From the NCBI GenBank assembly GCA_951406725.2, contig OX597816.1:158596001-158660000 (forward strand): DNA of 64,000 nucleotides. The letters run 5' to 3'. This stretch comes from Octopus vulgaris (Eukaryota). Numbering within the stretch: position 1 is the first letter of the stretch; each line of letters starts with the position of its first letter. Of the stretch, positions 1 through 11,811 are shown piece after piece. Both the position numbers and the translations under genes were made by a program. The notes beneath the pieces were generated by a model. The model was not told where the DNA came from. It saw only the letters and a list, made by a program, of their open reading frames with translations, and made no database searches.

Positions 1-788
1 TAGAGAAATAAATACATAGATTTATTGAAACCAGTTCTGCCTTGCTTTATAAAATAAAGCCTTCTATATAAATATATAAACAAAGCAAAAAAACAAAAAA
101 AATATAGGAAGTGTGATAGGTGGGAGAATTAATTTCTTCCACCTATCCCACCCATTAATTTCTCCTCTTAAAATAAATATTAAATAAATGAAAAATAAAT
201 AAAGAAAAAAGTCACTGACTAAAGAACTAAGTAAAGTTAATCACCTTTTAAAAATCAGGTATCCGGGTTTAACCTGCTTAATGTATAACTGTTCATTCTT
301 ATTCAATCCCATGCTTGACACGGGCCACTGAATCCATTCACATAAAAACAGGATAGATGGGAAGAGAGAGATAATCAGATAAATCAGATAGATAGATAGA
401 TAGAGAAAGGCCTGTCAAGAAAAATTTTATCTGGAGCTATTCATTGCTGATGGTGGTGGTGGTGGTGGTGATGGTGTTGGTGGTAGTGGTGGTGCTTAAT
501 GAAGTCAACCCATAAAGGGTTTTGAAATCACATTTACAGAAAAAAAAAAAAAAGAACAGGAAGAAGTGAAGTGATTGAATAGGATCTTGGTAGCAGGTGT
601 CAAATGTAGATTACATGAAAACAAGACACAGGAAAGGCCTTGCCCTATCCTTAGTTTCAAGACAATATATATTATAAAAAGCTGGCAAAAAAAAAAAAAA
701 AATTCAGGTATCAACAGATGAAACCCTCAGGAATCATTTAATCAGAATGGACAGGTGAATTCATTATAGCTGAATTATATCACCTTAC

Positions 789-807
789 CTGTTTCTAATG
801 AATATTT
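789..807 (-). CDS. Candidate 19-nt coding microexon of an unidentified minus-strand gene (KYSLET+G in phase 0)
   Basis: Minus strand reads ...cccatgtttcttttcag|AAATATTCATTAGAAACAG|gtaaggtg: pyrimidine tract plus CAG acceptor and CAG|GTAAGG donor 19 nt apart, in non-repeat sequence. Confidence 0.55.
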
Positions 808-979
808 CTGAAAAGAAACATGGGAATTGTAGAGTTGTGAAGGTAAGATATTGGTTGGAAAGGATATTTTTAGTTAGTGTTGGTGGTTAATGATGTGTAA
901 ATGCGGTTACTATAGATGTATGGTTGGGTAGTTACAGCTGGAGAGATGCTGGGATAGTAATCTCGCCTTTGCGGTATAG

Positions 980-1760
980 AAGTAATGATGTACAACTGGC
1001 TGTGTAGCAGTGATGTGTTTAGTGGTTATACAGAGGTAATATGTTAGTAATTATATAGAAGGGATGTGTTAGTAATAATGTAGAGGTGATGTGTTAGTAA
1101 TATTATAGAAGTGATGTTAGTAATTATATAAAGGTGATATCAAATTAATTATGTAGAAGGAATGTGTTAATAATTATACAAACATAATAAATTAGCAATT
1201 ATACAGACATGATGTGTTAATAATTATGATTACGTGATGTGTTAATAATTATGTAGAGGTGATGTGTTAGTAATTATACAAAGATAATGCGTTAATAATT
1301 ATAGGAAGGTGATGTATTAGTATTTACATACAGGTAATATGCTGAGAGTGACCTAGTGGTTAGGATGCTGCACATATGACTGTAAGATTAGCACATCATG
1401 TAATCATAATTATTAAGTTTCAGCTCCTGGACTGGGCAGTGCATTGAGGTTTTGAGCAAAGCACTTCATTTCATACAGCTCCAGTCTATTCAGCAATAGC
1501 AGGGAAATTAAACCTGCGATGGATCAGTGTACTGTTCAGAGGGGAATGTTGAAATCTCAGTCATTTATACAACATGGAAACAGGGTTAATCTCCGGACTT
1601 ACGGGTTGTAAGGCTCATAGAAAGCCTAAGTCTAAGATGTGTTGGGAGCTACATAGAAGCAATGTGTTAGGGCTATATAGAGATGATGTGTTAGCAGTTA
1701 AATGGCAGTGAGATGTTAGAAGTTATATAGGGGTCATGCTTTAGTAATTATATAGAGCTG
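980..1760. repeat. Degenerate ~25-bp minisatellite (AGGTGATGTGTTAGTAATTATATAG-like), interrupted by a SINE at ~1345-1635
   Basis: Repeated gatgtgttagtaattatatag units over ~980-1340, resuming at ~1640-1760. Confidence 0.85.
1345..1635 (+). mobile_element. Old tRNA-headed SINE (CORE-like body)
   Basis: A-box-like tgacctagtggttagg, then ttgagcaaagcacttcatttc resembling the CORE-type ccttgggcaag motif; related heads at ~12565 (+) and ~18690 (-). Confidence 0.5.
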
Positions 1761-2319
1761 TAAGCATTCAGTCCACTCTGCAGGGTGGTTGGCGCTAGGA
1801 AAGGCATCCAGCTGTAAAAACCATGCCAAAACAGACACTGAAGTCTGGTGCAGGCTCCTACCTGGCCAGCTCCTGTCAAACTATTCAACCCATGCCAGCT
1901 TGGAAGGTGGACATTAAACAATGATGATATTTAATTAATATAGTTCCATTGCTGAAGCCTGAGTTTTTGGGTTGTCTTGTGCTTATATTCTTGAAATAAC
2001 AGTTATCTGTTAATTTCCACTAGGTCTTTCTTGAGGTGTAGTTAGGTGTTGCCTTATTTGGATAAAAACAATGTTAGATGGAGGACCGATCAAAATACAA
2101 ACAAACACATTGCAATTCATATGTGTCAATCATTTCAATCAACCATCATCCTCTTCATTTAATGTCCTCTTTTCCATACTCAACAGAATTTGTTGAGGCA
2201 GATTTTTTTTACAGCTGGATGCCTTTCCTGTCACCAACCCTCACTTGTTTCCAAGCAAGGTAATATTTTCCATGTGACCAGACATATTTTTACTAAAGAT
2301 TGGAAATTAAGGACACTGC

Positions 2320-2640
2320 AGGTAGGGGTGCTCTGAAAGGAGTCTCAGGGAGTAGTGTCCCTGCCTTCCTGAGCTAGTTTTCCACAACATTTCTTAAAAA
2401 TCATAGTAGAGGCCTTGGTCTCGGGACCACTCATGTCTAGAAACTGAAGCTGGGGGTAAGCAAGGGCATGCTCCAAAAAAGCCTCATGATAGCAAAAGAG
2501 AATGAGCACCAGCCAGCCCAAAGGTTGGGGTGGGCTGCACCTGCCTACCTTGGTTGCTATGGCATTGAGGTAGATCCGGCCACCCCTGTTAACAGGGACA
2601 AAACCTGGATTTAAAGTACTGGATGATGATGATGATGCAA
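2320..2640 (+). mobile_element. Short non-autonomous RTE-derived element
   Basis: Its 3' end (gaggtagatccggccacccctgttaacagggacaaaacctggatttaaa...(gat)n) matches the sequence that follows the RTE ORF fragment at ~45845-45900. Confidence 0.55.
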
Positions 2641-3014
2641 GCATGATAGTAACGCTCCTTTACAACTATCACATGATGTCAAGGCAACGAGACAGTAACA
2701 CACACACACGATGGGCTTCTTTCAGTCTCCACTTACTAAATCCACTCACAAGGTTTTGGCCAGCCTGAGGCTTCAATAGAAGACACTTGCCCAAGGTGCC
2801 ATGTAATGGGACTGAACCTGGAACCATGTGGTTGGGAAGTAAACTCCCCACCCCACCCCCACAGCCAAGCCTGTGTCTATTAACAATTGAATTTAAACAA
2901 AACAACATAATTGTTTTGTTGAAATTTTCATTCAAATTCTTGCTGAAAACATAAATAATTTCAGAATTGTCACAATCCTCTTTGTATGTGCATGTATGTG
3001 TGTGTGTGTGAGAA

Positions 3015-4335
3015 AAATCATTAATGTGCTGGATTAAATGCTTAGCAGTATTTTGCCCGTCGCTATGTTCCAAGTTCAAATTCCACCGAGGTCGATAAAA
3101 TAAATACCAGTTGAACATTGGGGTCAGTGTAATTGACTATTCCCCTCCCACAAAATTGCTGCCCTTGTGGCAAAACTTGAAACTATTATTATTATTATTA
3201 TTATTATCATTATTATTATCATCATCATCTACTTTTTTTGATTTTCTTCTTTCAATTTTGTTTCTATTTCTTTCCTGACATCTATTATAATTATTATTAT
3301 GAGTGGATTTGGTAGACGGAAACTGTAAGAAGCCCGATGCATGTGTGTGTGTTTGTATCTGTGTTCTCCACTACTGTTTAACAACCAGTTTGGTGTGTTT
3401 ACAACCCTGTAACTCAGTGGTTTAGCAAAAGAGTCCAATAGAATAAGTACTAGACTTAAAAAAAAAAAAAATAAGCACCAGGGTCAATTCATTTAACATA
3501 GAATTCTTGAAGGCAGTGCCCCAGCATGACCACAGTCTAATGACTGACATAAATAAAAGATTAACGATACTACTGAGGCCAACTTTTGTCAGTCATCATT
3601 TTGGGGTTGATAAAATAAAGCATCAGTCATTAACTGGGGTTGATATAAAGAACTAATCTCACCCACCTAAAATTGCTGTCTTGTACCAAAATTTGAAACC
3701 ATTCTTCATCATCTTATTATTATTACTATTATTATTATTACGGCAGCGAGCTGGCAGAATCGTTAGCATGCCGGGTGAAATGTTTAGCAGTATTCCGTCT
3801 GCCGCTACGTTCTGAGTTCAAATTCCGCTGAGGTCGACTTTGCTTTTCATCCTTTCGGGGTCGATGAATTAAAGACCAGTTAGTTGCACACTGGGGTTGA
3901 TATAATTGACTAGCCCCCACCCCTAAAAAACATTTCCAGCTGTTGTGCCTATAATTGAAAGGATAATTATCATTATTATTGAGCTGTCAGAATCAACACA
4001 ATGTCAGAAAACTAGCTGTATTATTTCTGATTTTTCCTCATTTTATCACCAAGGTTTCCTTTTATCCCTTTGGGGGTGGAAGAAAAAAAAAAAGCACCAG
4101 TCAAGAACTGGGGTCAATGTAATTGACTAATCTCCGCCCACAAAAATTGCTGGTTATGCCAAAATTTGAAACAATTATTAATTATCATCATCAGAATATA
4201 AATTAGAGGTTTACTTTGCCTTTCATCTTTTCAGAATTGATGAAATAAGTACCAGTTACACACTGGGGTCAATGTTATCAACTATCCCCCACTCCCAAAA
4301 TTTCAGGCCTTGAGTATAGTAGAAAGGGTTATTAT
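3015..4335 (+). mobile_element. Cluster of tRNA-derived SINE family B copies (best copy ~3742-3980), plus a family A fragment at ~3300-3560
   Basis: ggcagcgagctggcagaatcgttagc head, B-box gagttcaaattcc, body gcctttcatcctttcggggtcgataaaataagtaccag, (att)n tail; many copies across the window. Confidence 0.9.
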
Positions 4336-5166
4336 ATAAATTTGACTTACTTTGTGATCCCTTTTGTTTTTCAGTGTGTGCGTGTGTGTGTGCGCTGAAA
4401 CCCTCGGGAGGAACAGCTCTATGTTGTTATGTCTGTGGTTAGAAATACTGCGAATCAAATAACTTTGCAATCGGTAACTTTATATATTTCCGACACTGAG
4501 TACAAAGTTGCTGATTGGACTGTGATGATGGTAATCGTGACAATTGCAGTGGTGGTGGTGGTAGTAGTGGAACAAGGAGTGATGATCAATGATTTGAACA
4601 GGTCAAGTGAACAACTAGCACACATATTGTTCTGCATCCACTGAGAGTTATAATTAACTGACAACCGTCACTCCTACAACAAACCAGTGTAAAGTTATAC
4701 TGTACATAAAAAACCAAGAAAAAAAAAAAAAAACCCAGCTATGGGGTGGGGACAGACATGAGTATACACACACATAAATTTATGTATTTTTACTCAAAGT
4801 CTAGTGTAACATTTTGTGTACTTAATCTATTGAACACACATCCTTATCAGTAAATTCAGAAGTTCACAAACTAGGCAGAAAGCACTACCTTGAGCTTAAA
4901 AGAAGGCAGCAAATAACAAATGGGGGATGTGTGTAGAGGAGGGCGATTTTTCTTGTAAATATGAAAATGAAAGAGTTTGAGGGTGATTTTTCTTGGAAAT
5001 ATGAAAATGAAAAGGTTTAAACCAAGTTCAACAACACTTAAACTTTAAACACATTTTCAAAATAATAATAGCAAATCTTTATTGGGATTGGTATAGAGGT
5101 AGCAATCACTGTATATGGATCAATATAATCGGTTATTCCACTCCCTGTCCTCTCTTCCTTCCTCTG

Positions 5167-5551
5167 TCTTTTATCTTTTAATTGTTTCAGTTACCAAAAA
5201 CTGTGGCCATGCTGGGGCACTCTCTTGAAGAATTCTAGTCAAACGGATTGTCCCCAGTATTTTGTTTTCTTTTAAGCCTGGTACTTATTCTGTTGGTCCT
5301 TTTTGCTGAACTGCTAAGTTATGGGGATGTAAACATACAAACACCAGTTGTCAAGCAGTGGTGGAGACAAATGCAGACACAAAGACACACACATGACAGG
5401 CTTCTTTCAGTTTCCATCTGCCAAATCCACTCACAAGGCTTTGGTCGGCCCGAGGCTATAGTAGAAGACACTTGCCCAAAGTGCCAAGCAGTGGGATTGA
5501 ACCTGGAACCATGTGGTTAAGAAGCAAACTTCTTACCACACAGCCATGCCT
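5167..5551 (-). mobile_element. tRNA-derived SINE family A, near full length
   Basis: Reverse complement of the family A copy at 32399-32807 along its length. Confidence 0.9.
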
Positions 5552-5754
5552 GAAGAAAGACAATGGGTGTATAAGGAAGGAAATGAAAATGTTTATAGTT
5601 AGGTTCTGCTCTTTGTAGAATTCCCTCAGAAGACTTTGGTCAGGCTGAGGCTATAGAAGACACTTGCCCAAGGTGCCACACAGTGGGACTGAACCCAGAA
5701 CCATGTGGTTGGAAAACTAACTTCTCACCACATAACCACACAAGTTCAATCATT

Positions 5755-6395
5755 AGAGCCTCAGACAAAACACCTTGTGGTATTTGTTCCAGCTTGTGTT
5801 GAGCAGCCGTTGTCTCATGTAAAATGAATCCAGCTGTCCAGCGAGTATACAATGAAGATCAATGCACCATCTTCCTTTGGTAGAAAAAGAAAGGGCAGAT
5901 CTTCCTCTGCTTAGTGGCTGTGACAAGCGAGGCCATGTGATGGACCTGCCCAATAGGTTTGAAGACATACGCTTTCCTATTAAGCCAAGCTCTCATCAAT
6001 TTCTCCAAGTATCATTTAAAGAGGAAAATGAGGGTAGAGAAGGAGGAGCTATCTTCTTGTGTGCTTATCAAAAGATGGATGAGAGAGGCAAGACTGGCGA
6101 GGCTGAACAGACCTACTCTGAGTATGCTTTTCTAAGTAAGAGGAAAGAAACTGGTAGGTGGTGCTTTCCATACCTTGAAGATGGTAAAGTAACCCCCAAA
6201 TTATTCTAAGTGGACTACTCCTCTATGGGGGATTCTGTTTATTAATTACTTATTTTTCTAATTTCTTTTGCTAGGTCCTTATTATTGCAGAGTCTCCTTC
6301 CCTTGATTGATGTAAGCTCCACCTGTTTGTGTGTTTTAACTCGTCCTTTGATATTGTTGTCCCTGTCTTGGGCCTTTGTGGCCAATCAAAGAAAT
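5755..6395 (+). mobile_element. Degraded 3' end of an L1/Tx1-like LINE (ORF2 C-terminus and 3' UTR)
   Basis: A frame not in the ORF track reads QIFLCLVAVTSEAM*WT...ALINFSKYHLKRKMRVEKEELSS...KRW, like L1/Tx1 ORF2 C-termini (hydrophobic...IW..R, late RW); ends in a ggccaatcaaagaaat tail. Confidence 0.5.
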
Positions 6396-6427
6396 AATCA
6401 TCATCATCATCATTATTATTATTATTA

Positions 6428-6885
6428 AGGTAGTGAGTTGGCACAATCATAAGCACGCCAGGCAAAGTGCTAAGTGGCATTTTGACTGCCTTATATTTTG
6501 AGTTCAAATTCCTTCAGGGTCGACTTTGCCTTTCATTTTTTCGAGGTCGATGAAATAAGTACCAGTTACGCACTGCGGTTGATGTAAGTGACTAGTCCCC
6601 GCCCCCAAAATTTCAGGCCTTGTACCTATTGTAGAAAGGATTATTATTATTATTAAGGTGGGAAGCTGGCAGAATCGTTAACATGCCAGTCGAAATGCTT
6701 AGTGGCATTTCGTCCATCTTTATGCTTTGAGTTCAAATGCTGCTGAGGTTGACTTTGCCTTTCATTCTTTCGGGGTCAATAAAATAAGTATCAGTTGAAT
6801 ACTGGGGTTGATATAATCAACTTAGCCCCTCTCCCAAACTTGCTGGCCTAGTGTCAAAATTTGAAACCATTGTTATTATCATTAT
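6428..6885 (+). mobile_element. Two head-to-tail SINE family B copies
   Basis: Both have the family B head, B-box and body, separated only by (att)n. Confidence 0.9.
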
Positions 6886-9800
6886 TATCAACACTTTGGG
6901 TGACTAATGATGGAATATTTGGATTCACTTGTACAACCACATTTCTGACATCAGGAAATAAAATCTATGAATCATTTCTAAGTAATTGAATCATAATTAG
7001 GTACTCATTCAATAAGATATGTTTTTTTTTTCTTGTAACAGAATACAAATATATATTGAATAAATTAACAGCTAATATTTTTAACACAACGTTCATTTGT
7101 TCACTTGTTCCACATCAGTTCCTCTACATTAGCAAAGGTTGGACAGAGGTTTATTGGAGATAGGATTTCATGGCTGGATGCTCTTCCTATCACCAACCCT
7201 TTTTTTTTGTTTTACAAATAAAGATTTTCCTTTTTATTCCTTGTGGGTCTTTAAAAATGGAGAGTAACTGGTCATAATGTCAATAAGGAATGGTTCCGGG
7301 TTCAGTCTCACTGTGTAAGCACCTTGGGTAATTGTCATCTATTATAGTCTTGGGCCAGGCCAACCAAAGCCTTGTGAGTGGATTTGGTAGACAGAAACTG
7401 AAAGAAGCCCATCATGTGTCTCTGTGTGTGTGTGTATGTGTGTGTGTGCATATATACATACATACCTATATATGTGTGTCTTTGTGTCTGTGCTTGTCCC
7501 CCGCCCTGCCCAACCACCACTGGATACTCTTGATTGCAAATCTACCTCTACTTGATTATGACTGACCTGGGGCTAAACAACAATAAATCACCAACTTTTC
7601 TGTTTACTGCAGCATTATATTTTTGTTACTGGTTTTAGTAACTGGACTGCAGCCATGCTGGAGCATCACCTCTAATGGTTTTAGTCAATTGTATTGCTCC
7701 CAGTACTTAATTTGGTCTTAATTTCACCATTCTCCATTTATCACATGGTTGAGTTTACAATGGGATACACCCCTTTTTATGAGAGAGTTACTCCACCCTA
7801 TTAGGGAGTAAATACTAACAAACTATTTACAGCAGTATACTCAGACAAACATACACACAATATCCACCCACCCATCCCAACTCTTAGCATCAACTATTTT
7901 ATACTTGCATGAGTTAAATAAGATTACATTGAGGTAGAGTTTCTACAACTGGATACCCTTACTGTTACCAACCCTCATTTATTTCCAAGTAAGGTAATAA
8001 TCCCCCAGTGTACTGAACAACAAGCACCCCAGACATGGTTAGGTTGAGAAGTTGAGAAAAAAAGAAAGAAGGTACCATTTTTTATGAAAGAGAGCCTTTT
8101 GTTTATAAAGAGCTCAACATATCAAGATATTCATTTGAAAAATTATCTCTACAGATTTCCTAGAATTTAGAACCAGTACTGAAAGCTACATATTGTATAT
8201 GGATATGCCTGTATAAACAATGTGATTGAAGATAGGATAGGTAATGGGTGTATATACATATTTTAGGAGTTATTGCTCCTTCATCAGTACCACATTCAAC
8301 CCATTAACCATCCATGAATACATTATTTAAATACCCACTAAGTTTAGCAGTGTAACACTACTGGATAGACCAATTTACATATCAAACATTCCTAGCAACT
8401 GGTATGTACATATTAATTGCTGGCAAAGACACAGTATTTCGTTTTGCAACCATAATACAGTTAGTTGTCATGTTGTCTTTCATTCAGAGAGAACCCGTTT
8501 TTTTTCCCTATGATGACAAATGCCATATGACAGAGAGCCCTTAGCAAATAACCTGTAATATCCAAACTACAATATGGTTTCCATGGGGCTTAATTTCACC
8601 ATAAAACTAAATACATAAAAATAAAACTGGCTATTTATTTATGACTACAGTATAAACCCTAGTATCCTAGATTTTGGAATAGGTGTACAGTTGTATAAGG
8701 CAGCAAGCTGGCAGAATTGTTACCACAGCAGCATTTCTTCCAGCTCTTAATATTCTGGATGCCCAACCCAACACCAACCACTTGTACTGGGTGCTTTTTC
8801 TGTGGCACCTGTAATTCCAACCAACTCAGAATTGCTGGGCTTGAATGCTGTTCAAAAGGAATGTAACGATCTTGGTAACTTATACATCATGGAAACAAGG
8901 TAACCAGCTTATGAATTCTTGGGTTTAAAAAAAAAAAAATAGCCCCTTGTTATAAGAAGTAACTAAGTTGGTAGATATCATAAGGAATACCTGGCTGTAA
9001 AATATTATCTGAAATCATTCCATCCAATCATACCAGAATAGAAACATGAATACAAAAATGATGATGATGATACTTATGGCCCATGCTGCATTGGTACTTC
9101 AATAATCATTATCAGGTCATCAACCTTGCAACATTACATAAATGAGTTGTAGCTAAGCATGTACTTGTTCACATTTTACTTTAATTAGCAGCGTTCTGCT
9201 ACTTACTCTTGGCATTCTGATGAATTGTGGAAATAGCAATAGAAACTTGTTGCTTCAATCCTCATTCTAAGCTGCCTAAAAGTCCGTCATGGGGTCATGG
9301 AGCATGATGTCAAAGCAAGATAAAAATACTTGTAGACATGTCACCATCCATCTATTTATGTATTGAATCTACGTCATAGCTTACTCTAAACAGGTTTGAT
9401 GTCTTTATACCCTTGGGTATGGCTTAAGCTACTGGGTGTGTCACAAGATCTCAATTACATCCAACCATTCACATACAAAACTCAGGCATTTGGAAGGCAA
9501 TCCCTCTTATCACAATCATTTGTTTAAGCTTTTGCCACAATAACTTGAATCAGGTGTAAACCCCAAAATAGATTGGGAGTAGTATATTGTATTTTTCTCT
9601 CTCTCCCTCTCTCTCTCTACACACACACACAAGAACTATACAACATGAAGATAGAAACAGTGGACTTTAATAGCAAATTACAACATTTGTTTCTGCACCA
9701 GACACCAGTTGCCGATTTTACATCCATATATCATTATATAAGATTATTCTTCTGCTGCATAAATCTAATCCTATACAACAGCAGAGTTCCCCCGTGTTTA

Positions 9801-10149
9801 TCCAGCCTTGGAAAATATCCTGCAGTTGAAAATCATATTGGTAGCTAATGGCCATACAGGAACTTTACAAATTCACATTAAGAGGTTATTACCCAGACTA
9901 TATCAAATACACACACATATATAGTGTGTGTTTGTCCCCACTACCATTGGTTGACAACTGATTTTGGTGTGTTTATGTCCCATAACCTAGTAGCTCGGCA
10001 AAAGAGGCTGACAGAATAAGTACCAGGCTTACAAAGAATAAGTCCAGGGGTTGATTTCTTTGACAAAAAGGTGGTGCTCCAGCATGGCCACAGTCAAAAG
10101 GACTGAAACAAGTAAAAGAATATATATACATATATATAATTACAACAAA

Positions 10150-10760
10150 AATTTTAATTTTTGATACAGAGTTACCAAAGAGTTCATGGACAGCTCGTCA
10201 GACACTATATAAAGACAAAAAAATCTAAACTTCCTATGTCACGGATGTGAGGAAATACTAAGTAATTGAGATTTATGTCAACATATAAAAACGTTAATGT
10301 GGAGAGGTTGTTCTCCTGAACTACAGGATAAAAACAACCCTTATAGACCTGAAAAGGCCAAACCAGCAAACAGGGAGATGAAATTTTCCAGTAGGTAGCA
10401 CTTGAAAGGGACATATTTAGAGAAAAACTTCTTTACGACTATTTAACGCGCCAGGTTTAGTATAGTCCTTAAGAATTTTGGCTCTCACCATGATGCAGAT
10501 TTTGCAATGGCCACTCCCATTAATATATGGGCCTCGATGATCTATTATTTTTCACCTAATATCACATGGGGTCCCTTGATCTTTGAGGTGCCACACATGC
10601 TGGGTCAAGGACATGAAAAACTGTCTTTCTGGGACTCTGAAGGATGACTGGTGGTTGTGGAAGTAATGTTTGAAAGATGTACTGGCTGATCTGATATATT
10701 TACAAACTTGGGATATACTAGGAGATATACCACTCCTGCTATATCTCTGATTGGCTCCGG
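10150..10760 (-). mobile_element. Penelope-like element relic: GIY-YIG endonuclease C-terminus and 3' region
   Basis: Minus strand gives AGVVY..(frameshift)..YIRSASTSFKHYFHNHQSSFR...SLTQHVWHLKDQG...I R*KIIDHRGPYINGSGHCKIC...LNSRKEVF..CP, matching the PLE endonuclease pattern (GIY..YIG..F..H..SF..L..H.W.LK..W.II..C.LC..LN.R.E). Confidence 0.8.
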
Positions 10761-10782
10761 GCCTGGGGATGCTGTAGGTAGT

Positions 10783-11286
10783 AGAATAAGCTAAGTTGAA
10801 ATATGTTTGTCACATATTTCAACTGTTAAAAGGCAAACACACAGCAGTTACTGTAGTGAAAAAGTCTCACTTATGGTAAAAAGGTGTGCAAACACCCAGT
10901 TCGTTCAGTCTCGCCATATATTAGGAATTCCAGACATCAAGTTTTTTGACTCTTGTCAATGAGATATACCTAAGGGAGGCAACTCTGAATGAACTTAATA
11001 AAGCTGCAGCTATATATATTATTCAGTCATGTTGACTGATTTGCACTAGCAGATTGTCCATCAAAGGTAAATAACAAAGTGTCAGCACGAAACAGTGTAT
11101 AAGTATAAGCAGAATTAGGTAAGTTCAAATATGTTTGTCACATATTTCAACTGCTAAAAGGCAAATACACTGCAGTTACCATGAATAATAAATATTTTAT
11201 GGTAAAAAGGAGTGAAAACACCTGGTTCATTCAGTGTCACCATCTATTAGGAATCCCAGACATCGATGTCAGTGAGATGTACCTAA
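10783..11286. repeat. Diverged direct repeat, two ~180-190-bp copies (10783-10973 and 11111-11286)
   Basis: Both copies start agaat(a/t)ag(c/g)taagtt(g/c)aaatatgtttgtcacatatttcaactg and end tgagat(a/g)tacctaa; offset 328 bp. Confidence 0.9.
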
Positions 11287-11324
11287 CTGTGCTTCATGCT
11301 AACACTTCGTTTTGTATGTGTGTG

Positions 11325-11372
<48 letters not shown>

Positions 11373-11375
<3 letters not shown>

Positions 11376-11811
11376 GCAGCTAAGCCCGGTTTCACACGGT
11401 CGGTTTGGTTGATGTGGCATAAAACCTGCTCTATGCAAGCATTTGACTTGTTTGGGCACGCTTACATTAAAAAACAATTTTAGAATGACTTTTTTTCTGT
11501 CAAAATGCTAAAAATAGCTGACAAAAAAAACAACCAAGATTCACCCAGATCAAAAAAATAAACTCAAATACTAAGCAAACAAAGATGAACCATCCCACTT
11601 CCATTGCACGCACACATGCACATACACACAAACACACACACATTCACATACCCACACATATATTCACAGAGTTGAAATGCTGTTTGATTTATTTTTTCAG
11701 CGTACAATTTTCATCATCCCACTACCAAGTATGACATCACCTCTTCCTTCCTTATTCATCTCTCATCCCTTCCTTTCTCATTCATAAACACAAGAGTATT
11801 ATTATAGTAGA
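11373..11811 (-). mobile_element. Non-autonomous Helitron-like element
   Basis: Minus strand begins TCTACTATAATAATAC and ends GCTGCTAC (one change from CTAG) after a small GC hairpin; same terminal architecture as 33405-34195. Confidence 0.6.

Noticed and set aside
5862-6209. 115-aa ORF as a host gene
   Set aside because: An alternative frame carries the LINE-like C-terminal signature; this ORF is an off-frame by-product.
9211-9255. CTGATGA...GAAAC hammerhead-like motif
   Set aside because: Stem II is plausible, but there is an extra base before GAAA and no stem I pairing; likely chance.
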